Shown one piece after another: positions 17,968-27,265 of a DNA stretch of 64,000 nt. This stretch comes from a virus. A program made the position numbers and the translations under genes. Under the pieces are notes generated by a model. The model made no database searches. It was not told the DNA's origin and was given only the letters and a program-made list of their open reading frames with translations. Position 1 is the stretch's first letter. Every line of letters begins with the position of its first letter. The stretch spans positions 1 to 64,000 of IMG/VR virus record IMGVR_UViG_3300028549_003662; one strand, written 5' to 3'.

Positions 17968-20651
17968 AATCCGAAGACTGCCTGAAGTGCAAGTACGTCA
18001 CCCAGATCAGCGTTGGGACACGCGGTGACGCCACGACGTCCGGGCTCCTCATTGCCACGGAGTACCCGCAGAAGCGCGATGCCAAGAAGGGGTACCTCTT
18101 CGCTGGCAACGACGGCGACATCCTTTTCAACACCCTGCGGAGGCACATCGACCGCAACAGTTGCTATGTCGTACCGATGATCCGCTGCCAGCCCCCGGAG
18201 CGCAAGTTCCCCGACTCCCCTATCGCGCAGAAGTGCTGGAAGCTGTACGGCGAGGAAGCGTTTAAGCAGTACACGGGGCAACTCATTCTCTGCGTGGGGT
18301 ACTGGGCGATTCGGATGCTCACTGGCCGCGAGATGAAAGAGGTGCACGGCAAGGTCATCGACTCCGGTGGCCGCCGCTACGCCTGTATCGAGCACCCGCA
18401 GATGTACGTGAAGAAGTTCGTGAAGTGGGAGAAGACCGAGGCCGGCTACTATGCCCCGGCGGCAGGCACCCTGGAGCGCGCAGAGAAGGCCTTCAGGCAG
18501 AATGAGGGGTCGACTATCGCCGCGCTCTACAATGACTTCTCCGACATCAGGATGGACGACAAGCCGGAGATACCTTTCACGCGTGTCGTCAGCATCGACG
18601 AGATGGTCAACCGCATTGACGAGCACCGCGGGAACATTCTCTTCCATGACTACGAAACCATGAGCACAGTTCCTCCGGCGCAGGCCAATGGGCGCACGGC
18701 GCTGGATTGGTTCTACGGCGCCGACTACGTGCAGCCGATGTGCACGGGGTTCACGTTCTTCAACAATATTTCCGAGATCGGCTACCGTGAGGGTCAGCAC
18801 ACTGTAAACTACGACCGCAACAAGGTTTGCGTCCTCACGGTTCCTCTCGAAGAGCGTGTCGCCAGGGCGATGCAGCAGTGCAAGATCATGGCCTTCAACG
18901 CCAACTACGATACCGGCGTCACGCTGGTGAACACCGGTATCCGGCACGACATCTATGCCGACCCGATGGACGCCGCCTACGTCGTCAATCAGGCCCGCAA
19001 GAAGTACAATCTGGCCAGCCTCGCTTTCGAGCACGTCTCGGAATTGGCATCCTGGGCGGGGTCCATCAAGACCGGCGGAAAGAAGTCCAAGGGTGAGAAC
19101 TACGCCAAGATGTTCCGCCCCGACTTGTGGAAGTACTGCGCCGGTGACTGCGTCATCAGCATGATCCTGTTCTGGAAGTGCCTGGAGAAGATTTATCAGG
19201 CCAACCAGGACTTCCTGTTCTGGACGATCATGTGCGGCACGCGCACCATCCTGCGCGACATGGAGGCCCGCGGGGTCAAGGTCAACTACGACGTGCTCCC
19301 GCAGATTCAGGAAGAGTTCGGTATCAAGCTCGTGCAGACCGTCGACGAGCTCGAAGTGCAGCCGGAGGTGATGTGGCTGCGCGAGCAGGGCACGATGTGG
19401 AACCCGAATGCCAGTGGCCAGATCCTGCGCATCTACAACGACTACCTTAATGCGGGCCTGGAGGGCACGGGCAAGGAGATCCTGAAGGCGTACAACGAGA
19501 AGGTGCACGACGAGGGCCACAAGTTCACCAAGCTCATCCTGGACTACCGCAACTACTCCAAGCTCAACAGCACGTTCGTTGTCGGCCTGAACAAGCGCCA
19601 GCAGAACGGTATCGTGTACGCGTCGTTCAAGACCAACACCACCGACACCGGCCGCAGCTCGTCTGGTGGCAGCGACACCGTCGGCCTGGGGAAGACCAAC
19701 CAGATCAACATCCAGAACATCCCTCGCGGCTCCTCGATGCGGCGCCTGTACCGCGCGCGCCCCGGACACTACCTCGCCTACGCCGACTACTCGCAGATTG
19801 AAGTCCGCGTTGCCGGGGCGTACGCGCATTCCAAGGAGATCTACGACGTCTGCGTTTCCGACGCCGACTTCCACGGCATGATGGCCGCCCTGGCGTTCAA
19901 GATGCCCTACGACGAGGTCATGGCAGAAGATGAGGCGATGGACGCCGCAGCAAAGCGCGGAGAGGTCATAGGGACCGGCACGAGCACACGCACGCGCTCC
20001 AAGGCCATCACCTTCGGCTTGCTGTACGGTATGACCGCAGAGGGCTTGGCGAAGCGTCTGAAGCTCTTCCAGCCCGACGGCTCTCTTGACCTGGCTGCCG
20101 CTGACGCGTACATCGTTGCCTACTTCGCCGGTATGCCGAGCGTGAAGCAGTTCATCGACGACACGCATGCCTTTGTGAAGGCCAACTACCACGTTCGCAC
20201 GGTGTTCGGGCGCATCCGCAAGTTCGACTGGATCAATGGCTCTGCGCTGCGCAAGAGCGTCAACACGCTCGTGCAGGCCACGGCGAGCGACATCTTCATG
20301 CTGTCGCTGCAGTCCACCGCAGCAGTGCTCAAGAAGCGCAAGTTCGTGGTCAAGGTTGCCGGAACAGGCCCGATGGCGGACGTCCTTACCGTGTCCAGCC
20401 CCGGAGGCGCGGATCTCGGAACCGTCAGGCGCATTGTGAAGCCCCTGTACGGCAACCGCGTCCACCCCTGGGCGGAAGTCCACGACGCCATCACTTGGGA
20501 AGCCCACAAGAGCATCCCCAAGGATGAGGTGCACGACATCATGGAAACCGCTATGGTGACTGGCGTGCGCACCATGTTCAAGCCGGTAGACGAATTTCTT
20601 GGAGACATCCCCCTGCACATCGCGTTCAAGGGCGTCGAAGTGTGGGTGTAA
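17964..20651 (+). CDS. polA: Family A DNA polymerase with N-terminal uracil-DNA-glycosylase-like domain
   Basis: UDG4-like CLKC..RCQPP..C..HP; exo DYET/NANYD/YCAGD; motifs DYSQIEVR, KAITFGLLYG, VHD. Confidence 0.93.
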   Translation: MKSEDCLKCKYVTQISVGTRGDATTSGLLIATEYPQKRDAKKGYLFAGNDGDILFNTLRRHIDRNSCYVVPMIRCQPPERKFPDSPIAQKCWKLYGEEAFKQYTGQLILCVGYWAIRMLTGREMKEVHGKVIDSGGRRYACIEHPQMYVKKFVKWEKTEAGYYAPAAGTLERAEKAFRQNEGSTIAALYNDFSDIRMDDKPEIPFTRVVSIDEMVNRIDEHRGNILFHDYETMSTVPPAQANGRTALDWFYGADYVQPMCTGFTFFNNISEIGYREGQHTVNYDRNKVCVLTVPLEERVARAMQQCKIMAFNANYDTGVTLVNTGIRHDIYADPMDAAYVVNQARKKYNLASLAFEHVSELASWAGSIKTGGKKSKGENYAKMFRPDLWKYCAGDCVISMILFWKCLEKIYQANQDFLFWTIMCGTRTILRDMEARGVKVNYDVLPQIQEEFGIKLVQTVDELEVQPEVMWLREQGTMWNPNASGQILRIYNDYLNAGLEGTGKEILKAYNEKVHDEGHKFTKLILDYRNYSKLNSTFVVGLNKRQQNGIVYASFKTNTTDTGRSSSGGSDTVGLGKTNQINIQNIPRGSSMRRLYRARPGHYLAYADYSQIEVRVAGAYAHSKEIYDVCVSDADFHGMMAALAFKMPYDEVMAEDEAMDAAAKRGEVIGTGTSTRTRSKAITFGLLYGMTAEGLAKRLKLFQPDGSLDLAAADAYIVAYFAGMPSVKQFIDDTHAFVKANYHVRTVFGRIRKFDWINGSALRKSVNTLVQATASDIFMLSLQSTAAVLKKRKFVVKVAGTGPMADVLTVSSPGGADLGTVRRIVKPLYGNRVHPWAEVHDAITWEAHKSIPKDEVHDIMETAMVTGVRTMFKPVDEFLGDIPLHIAFKGVEVWV

Positions 20652-20671
20652 CCAATCAGAAGGAGGACGGT

Positions 20672-21064
20672 ATGGAAGAGACCAATTTGGAAGAGATGCG
20701 TGCGCGCATCGAGGCGTGTGCGGTAGAGGCGAAGAACGCGGAGAAGGCCCTGGAGATGCGCAAGAACCGGCTGTACGCCGCGAAGATGGCGCTCGCCACC
20801 GCGACAGCGCCCTTCAAGACCGGGGATGTCGTGACAGGCCTGAAGGGCGACCGCATGCCCATCGGTGTCGTCATCGCTGTCATCCCGCCGCCGGATTACA
20901 AAGACCCCGACCACGGCGCCGAGTACAGCTACGCCATGCGCAGCGTCAAGAAGGACGGCGGCATCGCTGACGTCTACGTCAGCCCGCTGCGGGTGTGGGC
21001 GTCGATCCCGACCTTGCAGAAGACCGGAGAGATGATCGTTCCCGCCGAGGCGCTGCTGGCCTAG
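20672..21064 (+). CDS. Hypothetical protein
   Basis: AGGAGG RBS; PFKTGDVV...KKDG SH3-like phage motif. Confidence 0.7.
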   Translation: MEETNLEEMRARIEACAVEAKNAEKALEMRKNRLYAAKMALATATAPFKTGDVVTGLKGDRMPIGVVIAVIPPPDYKDPDHGAEYSYAMRSVKKDGGIADVYVSPLRVWASIPTLQKTGEMIVPAEALLA

Positions 21065-21112
21065 AGTTGACAAGCCCGTGTGATGATGCAAAAGAATTCG
21101 GGGAGGTGAAGT

Positions 21113-22564
21113 ATGGCAGCGACCTATCCGAGTGACATAAAAACAGAGCACCCATTCTATGAGGCCAATAAGGCAGATTGGGAGCTCATCTACGCCGCGT
21201 TTCATGGCGGCTCGGAGTTCATCTCTTCGACCTACATTGTCAAGCACCCCCACGAGAGCAAAGAAGCCTACGACGCGCGGATATCCCGCGCGTTGTATTT
21301 CAACTTTACGAAGCAGGCCCTGACGAAGATGGTCCGCCTCATCATGATCGAGGGCATCATCCGCAAGGGCGTCACCGACTTCACGCAGTTCCTTGATGAC
21401 TCCAATGGCTACCAGACCACCTTCGACGCCTTCATGCGCGACGCAGGTGTTGTGGCGGCGCTGTACGGGAAAGCGCACATCCTCGTCGACTACGCGATCA
21501 GCGAGGAAGAGAACGACATCACCTCCCTGGCGGACATCCTCTACGGGAACATTTACCCCACGGTGGAGCTCCTCACGCCGCTGCAGATGACGAACTGGAA
21601 GCGCCGCCGCCGGCGCGGGTATGAGTGGTGCATCTTCCTTGTCAAGCGCATCGTCGAGGACAAGGAGAAGGACGTCTACATCAAGGTCGACTACGAGAAC
21701 ATCGAAGAGGTCGACAGTGACGGCAACGTGGTCTCGGCCTCGTTCACGCACGGCCTCGGCTACTGCCCGGTGTTTGACCTCGCGTACGCCGACGTCCACC
21801 GCAGCGACATGCAGCGCGGCCTGGGCACGGATCTCGCGTACGCCGCCAAGTCCATATTGAACATGACCTCGCTGGCTGAAGAGGTTGCCAACCGGCACTC
21901 CTTCACGCAGCTCGCGCTGCCCGACGACGGCGCCATAGAAGAAATGCAGGCCCGCCAGAGCGACTACATCGACGTCGACGCCCCTGGGTACTACGACTTC
22001 ATCACCAGTGGCCAAGACCCCACGCTGCAGCGGCTTTCGAACAGCACCGTCATGACCTTCCCTGCCAACACCGGCCACCCGCCGAGCTTCATTTCCCCGG
22101 ACAGCAGCCAGCTCGCCGACATCTGGACGATGGCCAAGGAGTCTGTTGACATCGCGCTGTACCTGTCGGGGATCACAGACAAGGCCGGAAAGGTGGACGC
22201 AGAGGGTACGGGCGCCGTGCTGCTGGAGCTCGCAAAGAACATGCAGGAGGTCGAGAAGGCCATCCTATACACCGTCGGCGCCTATATGGGCGTGACGCCG
22301 CAGATCGACGCTATAGACGTCGTGTACCCGACATCGTTCTCCGTCCTCCCCTTCGCGGATTGGATGAAGAACTTCTCCAGTGTCGCTGGACTTGCTACGG
22401 TGAGCGAAGATTTCAAGCTGGGTATCCTGAAGGGCATGGTGCTCACCATGCCTGGGAACCTCACCCAGAAAGAGAAGATGGCCTACTCCGATTCTCTGAC
22501 CCTTGTCGCACCGGTGGTTGAAGAGCCAACCGGCGGCAGCGGGTCAGGATTCGGTAGCGCATAG
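21113..22564 (+). CDS. Phage portal protein (SPP1/DUF4055-like)
   Basis: HPFY...W......GG..ES..AYDARISRALYFNFT; YGKAHILVDY; HGLGYCP; 483 aa. Confidence 0.85.
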   Translation: MAATYPSDIKTEHPFYEANKADWELIYAAFHGGSEFISSTYIVKHPHESKEAYDARISRALYFNFTKQALTKMVRLIMIEGIIRKGVTDFTQFLDDSNGYQTTFDAFMRDAGVVAALYGKAHILVDYAISEEENDITSLADILYGNIYPTVELLTPLQMTNWKRRRRRGYEWCIFLVKRIVEDKEKDVYIKVDYENIEEVDSDGNVVSASFTHGLGYCPVFDLAYADVHRSDMQRGLGTDLAYAAKSILNMTSLAEEVANRHSFTQLALPDDGAIEEMQARQSDYIDVDAPGYYDFITSGQDPTLQRLSNSTVMTFPANTGHPPSFISPDSSQLADIWTMAKESVDIALYLSGITDKAGKVDAEGTGAVLLELAKNMQEVEKAILYTVGAYMGVTPQIDAIDVVYPTSFSVLPFADWMKNFSSVAGLATVSEDFKLGILKGMVLTMPGNLTQKEKMAYSDSLTLVAPVVEEPTGGSGSGFGSA

Positions 22565-22595
22565 CCTGCGCGTATTCCACACGCAGGAAATCAAC

Positions 22596-23645
22596 ATGAG
22601 GAGCATGGACATGCTGCGCAAGAAGAAGAGTTCCCGGAGTCTGTTTTACCGTTTGCTGCTGACCGCCCTGATGCTGCCCGTCATGGGTGTGATGGCCATC
22701 CCGCCCGATGGTGATGGCGCCGGTGGTGGTGGTGATGGCGACGAAGCCGCCAAGGCCGCCGCGGAAGCCGAAGCCGCCAGGAAGGCCGAGGAAGAGGCCA
22801 AGAAGGCGGAAAACGACAAGACCCACATCCCCCGCGAGGAGATGCAGAAGGTCATCAATGAGCGGCAGGCCGCCAAAGAAAAAGCGCGTGCTCTGGAAAA
22901 GGAGCTCGTTGATGTCAAGAAGAAGGCCGGCGACACCGAGGCGCTGACCGCTGAGCTGGAGAAGCTCAAGGAACGCGACAAGAAGCTCGCCGAGATGGAA
23001 GCCGCCGAGGAAGAGCGCAAGATCAAGGACATGACCGAGATTGAGCGCCTGAAGCACGAGAACGAGAAGCTCAAGGGCACCGTCGGCGAGTTGCAGACGC
23101 AGGCCGAAAAGGCCACCGCGGAGATCACCAAGAAGATGCAGGATCAGATCGACGGCCTGTCGGCGCAGAACAAGAAGCTCCTGGAGCACAAGCTGGGCGG
23201 CGAGATCATCGACGCCGCAGCGAACTCCGGCGCCCACAATCCGAAGGTGCTGGTGAAGCTGCTCAGCGACCAGTTCCGCGTCAATGAGGACGGCGAGTAC
23301 GTCGCCGAGGTTGACGGACCCAAGGGCGGCAAGCTCGAAAAGAGCGTCAAGGAGATCGTGGAGACCTACCTCAGCGACACCTCGAACGCCTACCTGCTGC
23401 AGCCCGGCAAGGGTCCGCGCAAGGGTGCCGAGCCCGGCGATGGCCCGACCAAGAAGGACAGCGAGTTCAAGGGCAAGCTCAGTACGTCCGAGAAGCGCGA
23501 CGCCGATATGCGTGGCATGACGGAGAAGGACTACTACGAAACCGTCATCGCTCCGCGCGAGAAGGCCCTTGAGGGGCAGCGCAAGAAGCGCGCCGAAGGC
23601 GGCAGCCCCCTGCTTCCTGGCCAGCTCAAGATGGCTGACCGCTAA
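22596..23645 (+). CDS. Capsid scaffolding protein
   Basis: Follows portal; E/K/A-rich coiled coil, IPREEMQKVINER, AHNPK, AYLLQP. Confidence 0.8.
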   Translation: MRSMDMLRKKKSSRSLFYRLLLTALMLPVMGVMAIPPDGDGAGGGGDGDEAAKAAAEAEAARKAEEEAKKAENDKTHIPREEMQKVINERQAAKEKARALEKELVDVKKKAGDTEALTAELEKLKERDKKLAEMEAAEEERKIKDMTEIERLKHENEKLKGTVGELQTQAEKATAEITKKMQDQIDGLSAQNKKLLEHKLGGEIIDAAANSGAHNPKVLVKLLSDQFRVNEDGEYVAEVDGPKGGKLEKSVKEIVETYLSDTSNAYLLQPGKGPRKGAEPGDGPTKKDSEFKGKLSTSEKRDADMRGMTEKDYYETVIAPREKALEGQRKKRAEGGSPLLPGQLKMADR

Positions 23646-23663
23646 GCCAGGTCAAAGGGCAAT

Positions 23664-23706
23664 AAAAAAAAGGGCCGGAGGAGTGATCCCCCGGCCCTTA
23701 TGTTTT
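23664..23706. terminator. Bidirectional rho-independent terminator between convergent arms
   Basis: A8-GGGCCGGAGGA-GTGA-TCCCCCGGCCC-TTATGTTTT. Confidence 0.85.
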
Positions 23707-23715
23707 GTGCGCGTT

Positions 23716-24186
23716 TTAGTCACGGTTTCCCCATGTCTCGTGCTCTACCGATAGCGCGTCCGCGTAGGCGTCGCCTTGCGCGTACGACACACGCTCCGCG
23801 CGTTCCATGTTGCAGTCCTGCTGGAACCCGACGTCGTTCTCCAACACCTCCTGCAGCATCTGCTCTGCGGCCGCCGGCCACAGTTCGTCCATCGTTGAGG
23901 AGTCGCCGGTGCTGCCGATGCTGTCGAGATCGCGCATGGTCTTTTCGGCTCTGCACTTGGCGAACGTGGCGGCGACGTAGATGGGGTTGCTGGGGTTGGG
24001 CGACTTCAGCAGCCACAGGATGTAGCCGGGGTCGACCTTTGTGACGTGCGCGATGCTGCAGCCATCCCATTTGCCGAAGTTGATGATCGTCGTGAGGGCT
24101 TGCGGCATCGTCTTCGGGATCTCCGCGCGCGGTGCCGTGGAGAGCTTCGCGGACTTGATGAAGCTGTCGGCGTTGTTCCAGGCCAT
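23716..24186 (-). CDS. Protein with FGK-motif (DUF3820/ExoX C-terminal-like) domain
   Basis: INFGKWDGCSIAHV..VDPGYILWL; GGAG RBS. Confidence 0.65.
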   Translation of the reverse strand: MAWNNADSFIKSAKLSTAPRAEIPKTMPQALTTIINFGKWDGCSIAHVTKVDPGYILWLLKSPNPSNPIYVAATFAKCRAEKTMRDLDSIGSTGDSSTMDELWPAAAEQMLQEVLENDVGFQQDCNMERAERVSYAQGDAYADALSVEHETWGNRD

Positions 24187-24190
24187 TGCA

Positions 24191-24721
24191 CTACTCCAGG
24201 GGTATGATGATAACGGGTTGCCGCCCAAAGCGCACAGCCTCTTTGGTGCTCTCGAAGAACACGTCGATGCTCTGGCGCTTGTCCTTGTGCATGACGTCCT
24301 CGACAACACGCTCACCCAGGCCCGGTATGAGCACGCGCTTCCCGCGTAGGTCGTGCTCTTTGAGCAGGTCGCGCGACACCGCGATGGTGCGCCCGCCTTT
24401 GGCGCGCGTCTGGGTGGCGGTCTCCCAGGGGTCGCCGTTGGTCTCTGAGCGGCGCGGGCTGTATGCGGTAGCCGTCACGAGGTGCCCGGTGAGCACTGCT
24501 CGGTTCTGGTCGGTGATGGCTTCTTCGAGCCGGATGATGTCGCTCTCCATGCGCAGCGTGCGCTTCGTGACAGTGCGCAATGCGGTCAGCGACAGTATGA
24601 ATGAGGCGATGAGCATTATGAACGTGAGCACTCCGAGTGCGATTCCTGCCTTCTTTAATTTACCCACTCCAACCTTCCTTGTTTGGCCGGGTGCGCATTG
24701 CTGCCACACCCGGCCGTTCAC
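24191..24721 (-). CDS. Membrane-anchored 3D-domain (MltA-like) cell-wall protein
   Basis: N-term TM helix; VTATAYS, IAVSRD, VEDVM, IDVFF; real start probably GTG 24667. Confidence 0.85.
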   Translation of the reverse strand: MNGRVWQQCAPGQTRKVGVGKLKKAGIALGVLTFIMLIASFILSLTALRTVTKRTLRMESDIIRLEEAITDQNRAVLTGHLVTATAYSPRRSETNGDPWETATQTRAKGGRTIAVSRDLLKEHDLRGKRVLIPGLGERVVEDVMHKDKRQSIDVFFESTKEAVRFGRQPVIIIPLE

Positions 24722-24730
24722 ATCAGTGAG

Positions 24731-25927
24731 CTACTCAGGAGCGTCCGCAGCAGCGGCCGCCTGCAGCATGGTGGCAGCGAGCTCGTCGGCGTAGCCGCGT
24801 TCGCACTCAGGCGCCGAGGCCTCCAGCCACACGTCGATGGCCTTGCGGGTCTTCACCCACCTCGCGGTGAGGCGGGTCTTCACGAACAAGGCGTACATGT
24901 CATCCATGAAGTTCTGCGCGACGTCAAGCAGCGCCATCTTCTCCATGAAGGGACTCTCGTTGAGCACGCTCTCGCCATTGAGCTGGATGGGCGGGGTTTT
25001 CACAGTGATCGCGAAGGGCTTGGCGGCGTCAATGTCGTAATCGAAGGTCTCACCGTTGCGGTCCACGCTGAGGCGCATCTTGTTCACGGTGCGCTGGAAC
25101 TTCCACAGGCCGTACTTGACGTCGCTGAACTCGTTGTCTTCCTGGCTGGTCTTGGTGTCGACGCTGCTCACGACGCTGCGGCCACTGAATTCCACGACAG
25201 AGACCTTGCCCTCAACCTGCGCAGCGTACTCGCCGCTCTGCAGGGTGAAGTTGCCGGCCTTGTAGGTGTCGGTCTTGTACCACAGCCAGAGCAGGAAGTC
25301 GCAGTACAGGGGGTACTCGACGCTGCCTTCGCCGACGTGGATGCTGGAGAGCATCTCGGTGACGCCGTCACCCATGATGGCGACAGCGGCGTCGGAGGGG
25401 GTGACGACCATCGGGAGGGATTCGAAGGTGGCGTGGAAGAGCTCTTCGAAGTTCAGCATGTCGGCGTTGCTGGTGCTGCCGAAGTAGATGGTGTTGCGGG
25501 CGCTGTCGTAGACGCACTGGTAGATCTTGGGGACAGCGGGGATGCGCGCGAGCAGCCGCAGGTAGCACTGGTCCTTGATCTCCTGCTTGCGCTCGCGCGA
25601 GAGGAAGTCCTTGCCGCTGCGTTTGATCTCCTGAGCGATGGTCTTGGAGACCTCGTTGCGCAGGACAGCAGCGGGGACGCTACGCTTGTCGAGGCGCATC
25701 GCCCAGACAAGGAAGTTCCCGGTGGCCACGCAGCTCGCGGAGAACGTGGTGTCGTTGATGTCGAGCGCGCTCGTCCACCCCAGGCTCTTGGTGTCGCTGC
25801 CCTCGTCGATGGGCTTGAAGGCCATCTTGCGCAGTCGCTCCTCGAACTCGATGGTGGTGAGCTTGGAGAGCACGTCCTCCTCGATGGAATACCGTGCGAA
25901 GGCAGATTTCCTTGTGGTGATAGGCAT
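24731..25927 (-). CDS. rdgC: RdgC-like recombination-associated protein
   Basis: AFKPID...SLGW, MRLDKRSVPAAVL, SRERKQEIK..L.LLAR; C-half DFLLWLWY. Confidence 0.75.
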   Translation of the reverse strand: MPITTRKSAFARYSIEEDVLSKLTTIEFEERLRKMAFKPIDEGSDTKSLGWTSALDINDTTFSASCVATGNFLVWAMRLDKRSVPAAVLRNEVSKTIAQEIKRSGKDFLSRERKQEIKDQCYLRLLARIPAVPKIYQCVYDSARNTIYFGSTSNADMLNFEELFHATFESLPMVVTPSDAAVAIMGDGVTEMLSSIHVGEGSVEYPLYCDFLLWLWYKTDTYKAGNFTLQSGEYAAQVEGKVSVVEFSGRSVVSSVDTKTSQEDNEFSDVKYGLWKFQRTVNKMRLSVDRNGETFDYDIDAAKPFAITVKTPPIQLNGESVLNESPFMEKMALLDVAQNFMDDMYALFVKTRLTARWVKTRKAIDVWLEASAPECERGYADELAATMLQAAAAADAPE

Positions 25928-25941
25928 GATGGGCTCCGTGG

Positions 25942-26532
25942 TTAAAGGATGGCGAGAAGGACGCGCCGGGCCTCGTCTTCGAGGTGTGCCACCCAGGCGT
26001 TCGCATCTGCGGTTTCAGGGAAGTCCCTGTTGGTGACGACGATGTCGTATGTGAAGTTCTCGACGTTCATGTCGGCGTCGTTGTTGGCGCGGCCGCTGTT
26101 CTCGCGCTGCACGAACAGCGTCTTCGCGTTGAACCCCGGCTTTCCGCCCATGCTGGGCGTCCACTGCATGAACAGCGGGCCGCCGAAGGCTTCCTTGAAG
26201 CGGGCAAGCTCGGCGGGCTCGCGGCTGTCGACGAGCACGATGCAGTCGCTTTCCATGCCGTCAGCGATGTTGAGCGCGCGCTGGACGTACTGAAAGGAGC
26301 CGTCCATGTGCTTCGACCACGACATCTTCATCTCGTGCAGCATGGCTCGCGCGGCCTCGTCCTTGGTGACGCCGTCCCACCCCAGGACCATCAGCGCCTT
26401 CTTGGGAAGGTCGACGGTGGAGATCTTCAGGACGTGCACGTCCTTCTCCCTGCAGATGACTTTGAGGGCGTCGGCGAAGCTGTCCTTGCCCGACAGCGGG
26501 TAGCCATTGACGAAGAGGACGGCTTTAAGCAT
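25942..26532 (-). CDS. dNMP-kinase-like P-loop protein
   Basis: VNGYPLSGKDS, STVD..KKAL..LGWDG..KDE..R, DSREP.E, YDIVVTN. Confidence 0.7.
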   Translation of the reverse strand: MLKAVLFVNGYPLSGKDSFADALKVICREKDVHVLKISTVDLPKKALMVLGWDGVTKDEAARAMLHEMKMSWSKHMDGSFQYVQRALNIADGMESDCIVLVDSREPAELARFKEAFGGPLFMQWTPSMGGKPGFNAKTLFVQRENSGRANNDADMNVENFTYDIVVTNRDFPETADANAWVAHLEDEARRVLLAIL

Positions 26533-26905
26533 TGGTGGTCTCCCGGCGGTCGATGTCGTCGAAGTCCGGCACAGGGATGCTCTCGGCGTCGGTGTAGGTC
26601 TGGCAGTGCGCGACGAGGGAGTCGAGGTCCAGATCCGCAGGCGCCTCGGTGGACCAGATGACGGCGACAATAGTGAGCTTCGTCTGCACCTGTTCCCAGG
26701 CTTCGGCGGCGTTGTCGGCCTCGACGTAGGAGAAGATGGCGCACGTGCCGTCAGCGCTCTTCGGGCCGTTGATGAACACCGGGGGGATGAACCCGCCGTT
26801 CTCGAAGTCGATGGTGTTGATGGTTTTCAGCAGGCGCATGGACTGCTGGGTGTTGACCTTGTAGCAGAGAAGGAACGGTTTGATCTTGCGGTTCTTCGTG
26901 AACAT
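26525..26905 (-). CDS. Hypothetical protein
   Basis: 126 aa, AAGGAGG RBS. Confidence 0.7.
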   Translation of the reverse strand: MFTKNRKIKPFLLCYKVNTQQSMRLLKTINTIDFENGGFIPPVFINGPKSADGTCAIFSYVEADNAAEAWEQVQTKLTIVAVIWSTEAPADLDLDSLVAHCQTYTDAESIPVPDFDDIDRRETTNA

Positions 26906-26923
26906 TCTGAAAGCCTCCTTGGG

Positions 26924-27265
26924 TTATTGTTTCTTGTCCGATCCGGGTGCGAGCCCAAAGTCCAAAATGCGCTGAGCGACGTCGGCGTCACCGGCGAGGA
27001 ACAGGCCGCTGCGCTTAGCGTTATCGTTGATCTCTTCGACCTGCGTCATGTAGGCGCGCAGTGCGAGGAGGTTGTCGAGCAGGAACTCAGCCTGCTCGGC
27101 TTCTTCCTGGGAACCCTTCGGGCGGGCGCGCATCTCCTCGATGTACGCGTCCAGCGTCCCCAGCCCGATGCCACCCATAAACCCGCGAATCTTTATCATC
27201 TCCTCGACGATGCGCATCCCCATCAGGAGCAGCTTGCCGCGGCGGACTTCAGCGCTATCTTGCAT
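26924..27265 (-). CDS. Hypothetical protein
   Basis: Start at 27265 overlapping helicase stop, AAGGAG RBS. Confidence 0.65.
   Translation of the reverse strand: MQDSAEVRRGKLLLMGMRIVEEMIKIRGFMGGIGLGTLDAYIEEMRARPKGSQEEAEQAEFLLDNLLALRAYMTQVEEINDNAKRSGLFLAGDADVAQRILDFGLAPGSDKKQ

Noticed and set aside
17964-18500. Uracil- or hmU-substituted genome implied by UDG-PolA
   Set aside because: ThyX and a C5 methyltransferase are present; no dUMP hydroxymethylase or dCMP deaminase seen in this window
17907-20618. Very long antisense ORFs (903 aa here; also 15601-17163, 20186-22078, 27268-28881, 52363-53718)
   Set aside because: Shadow frames opposite well-supported genes, expected from high GC3 codon bias; no motifs
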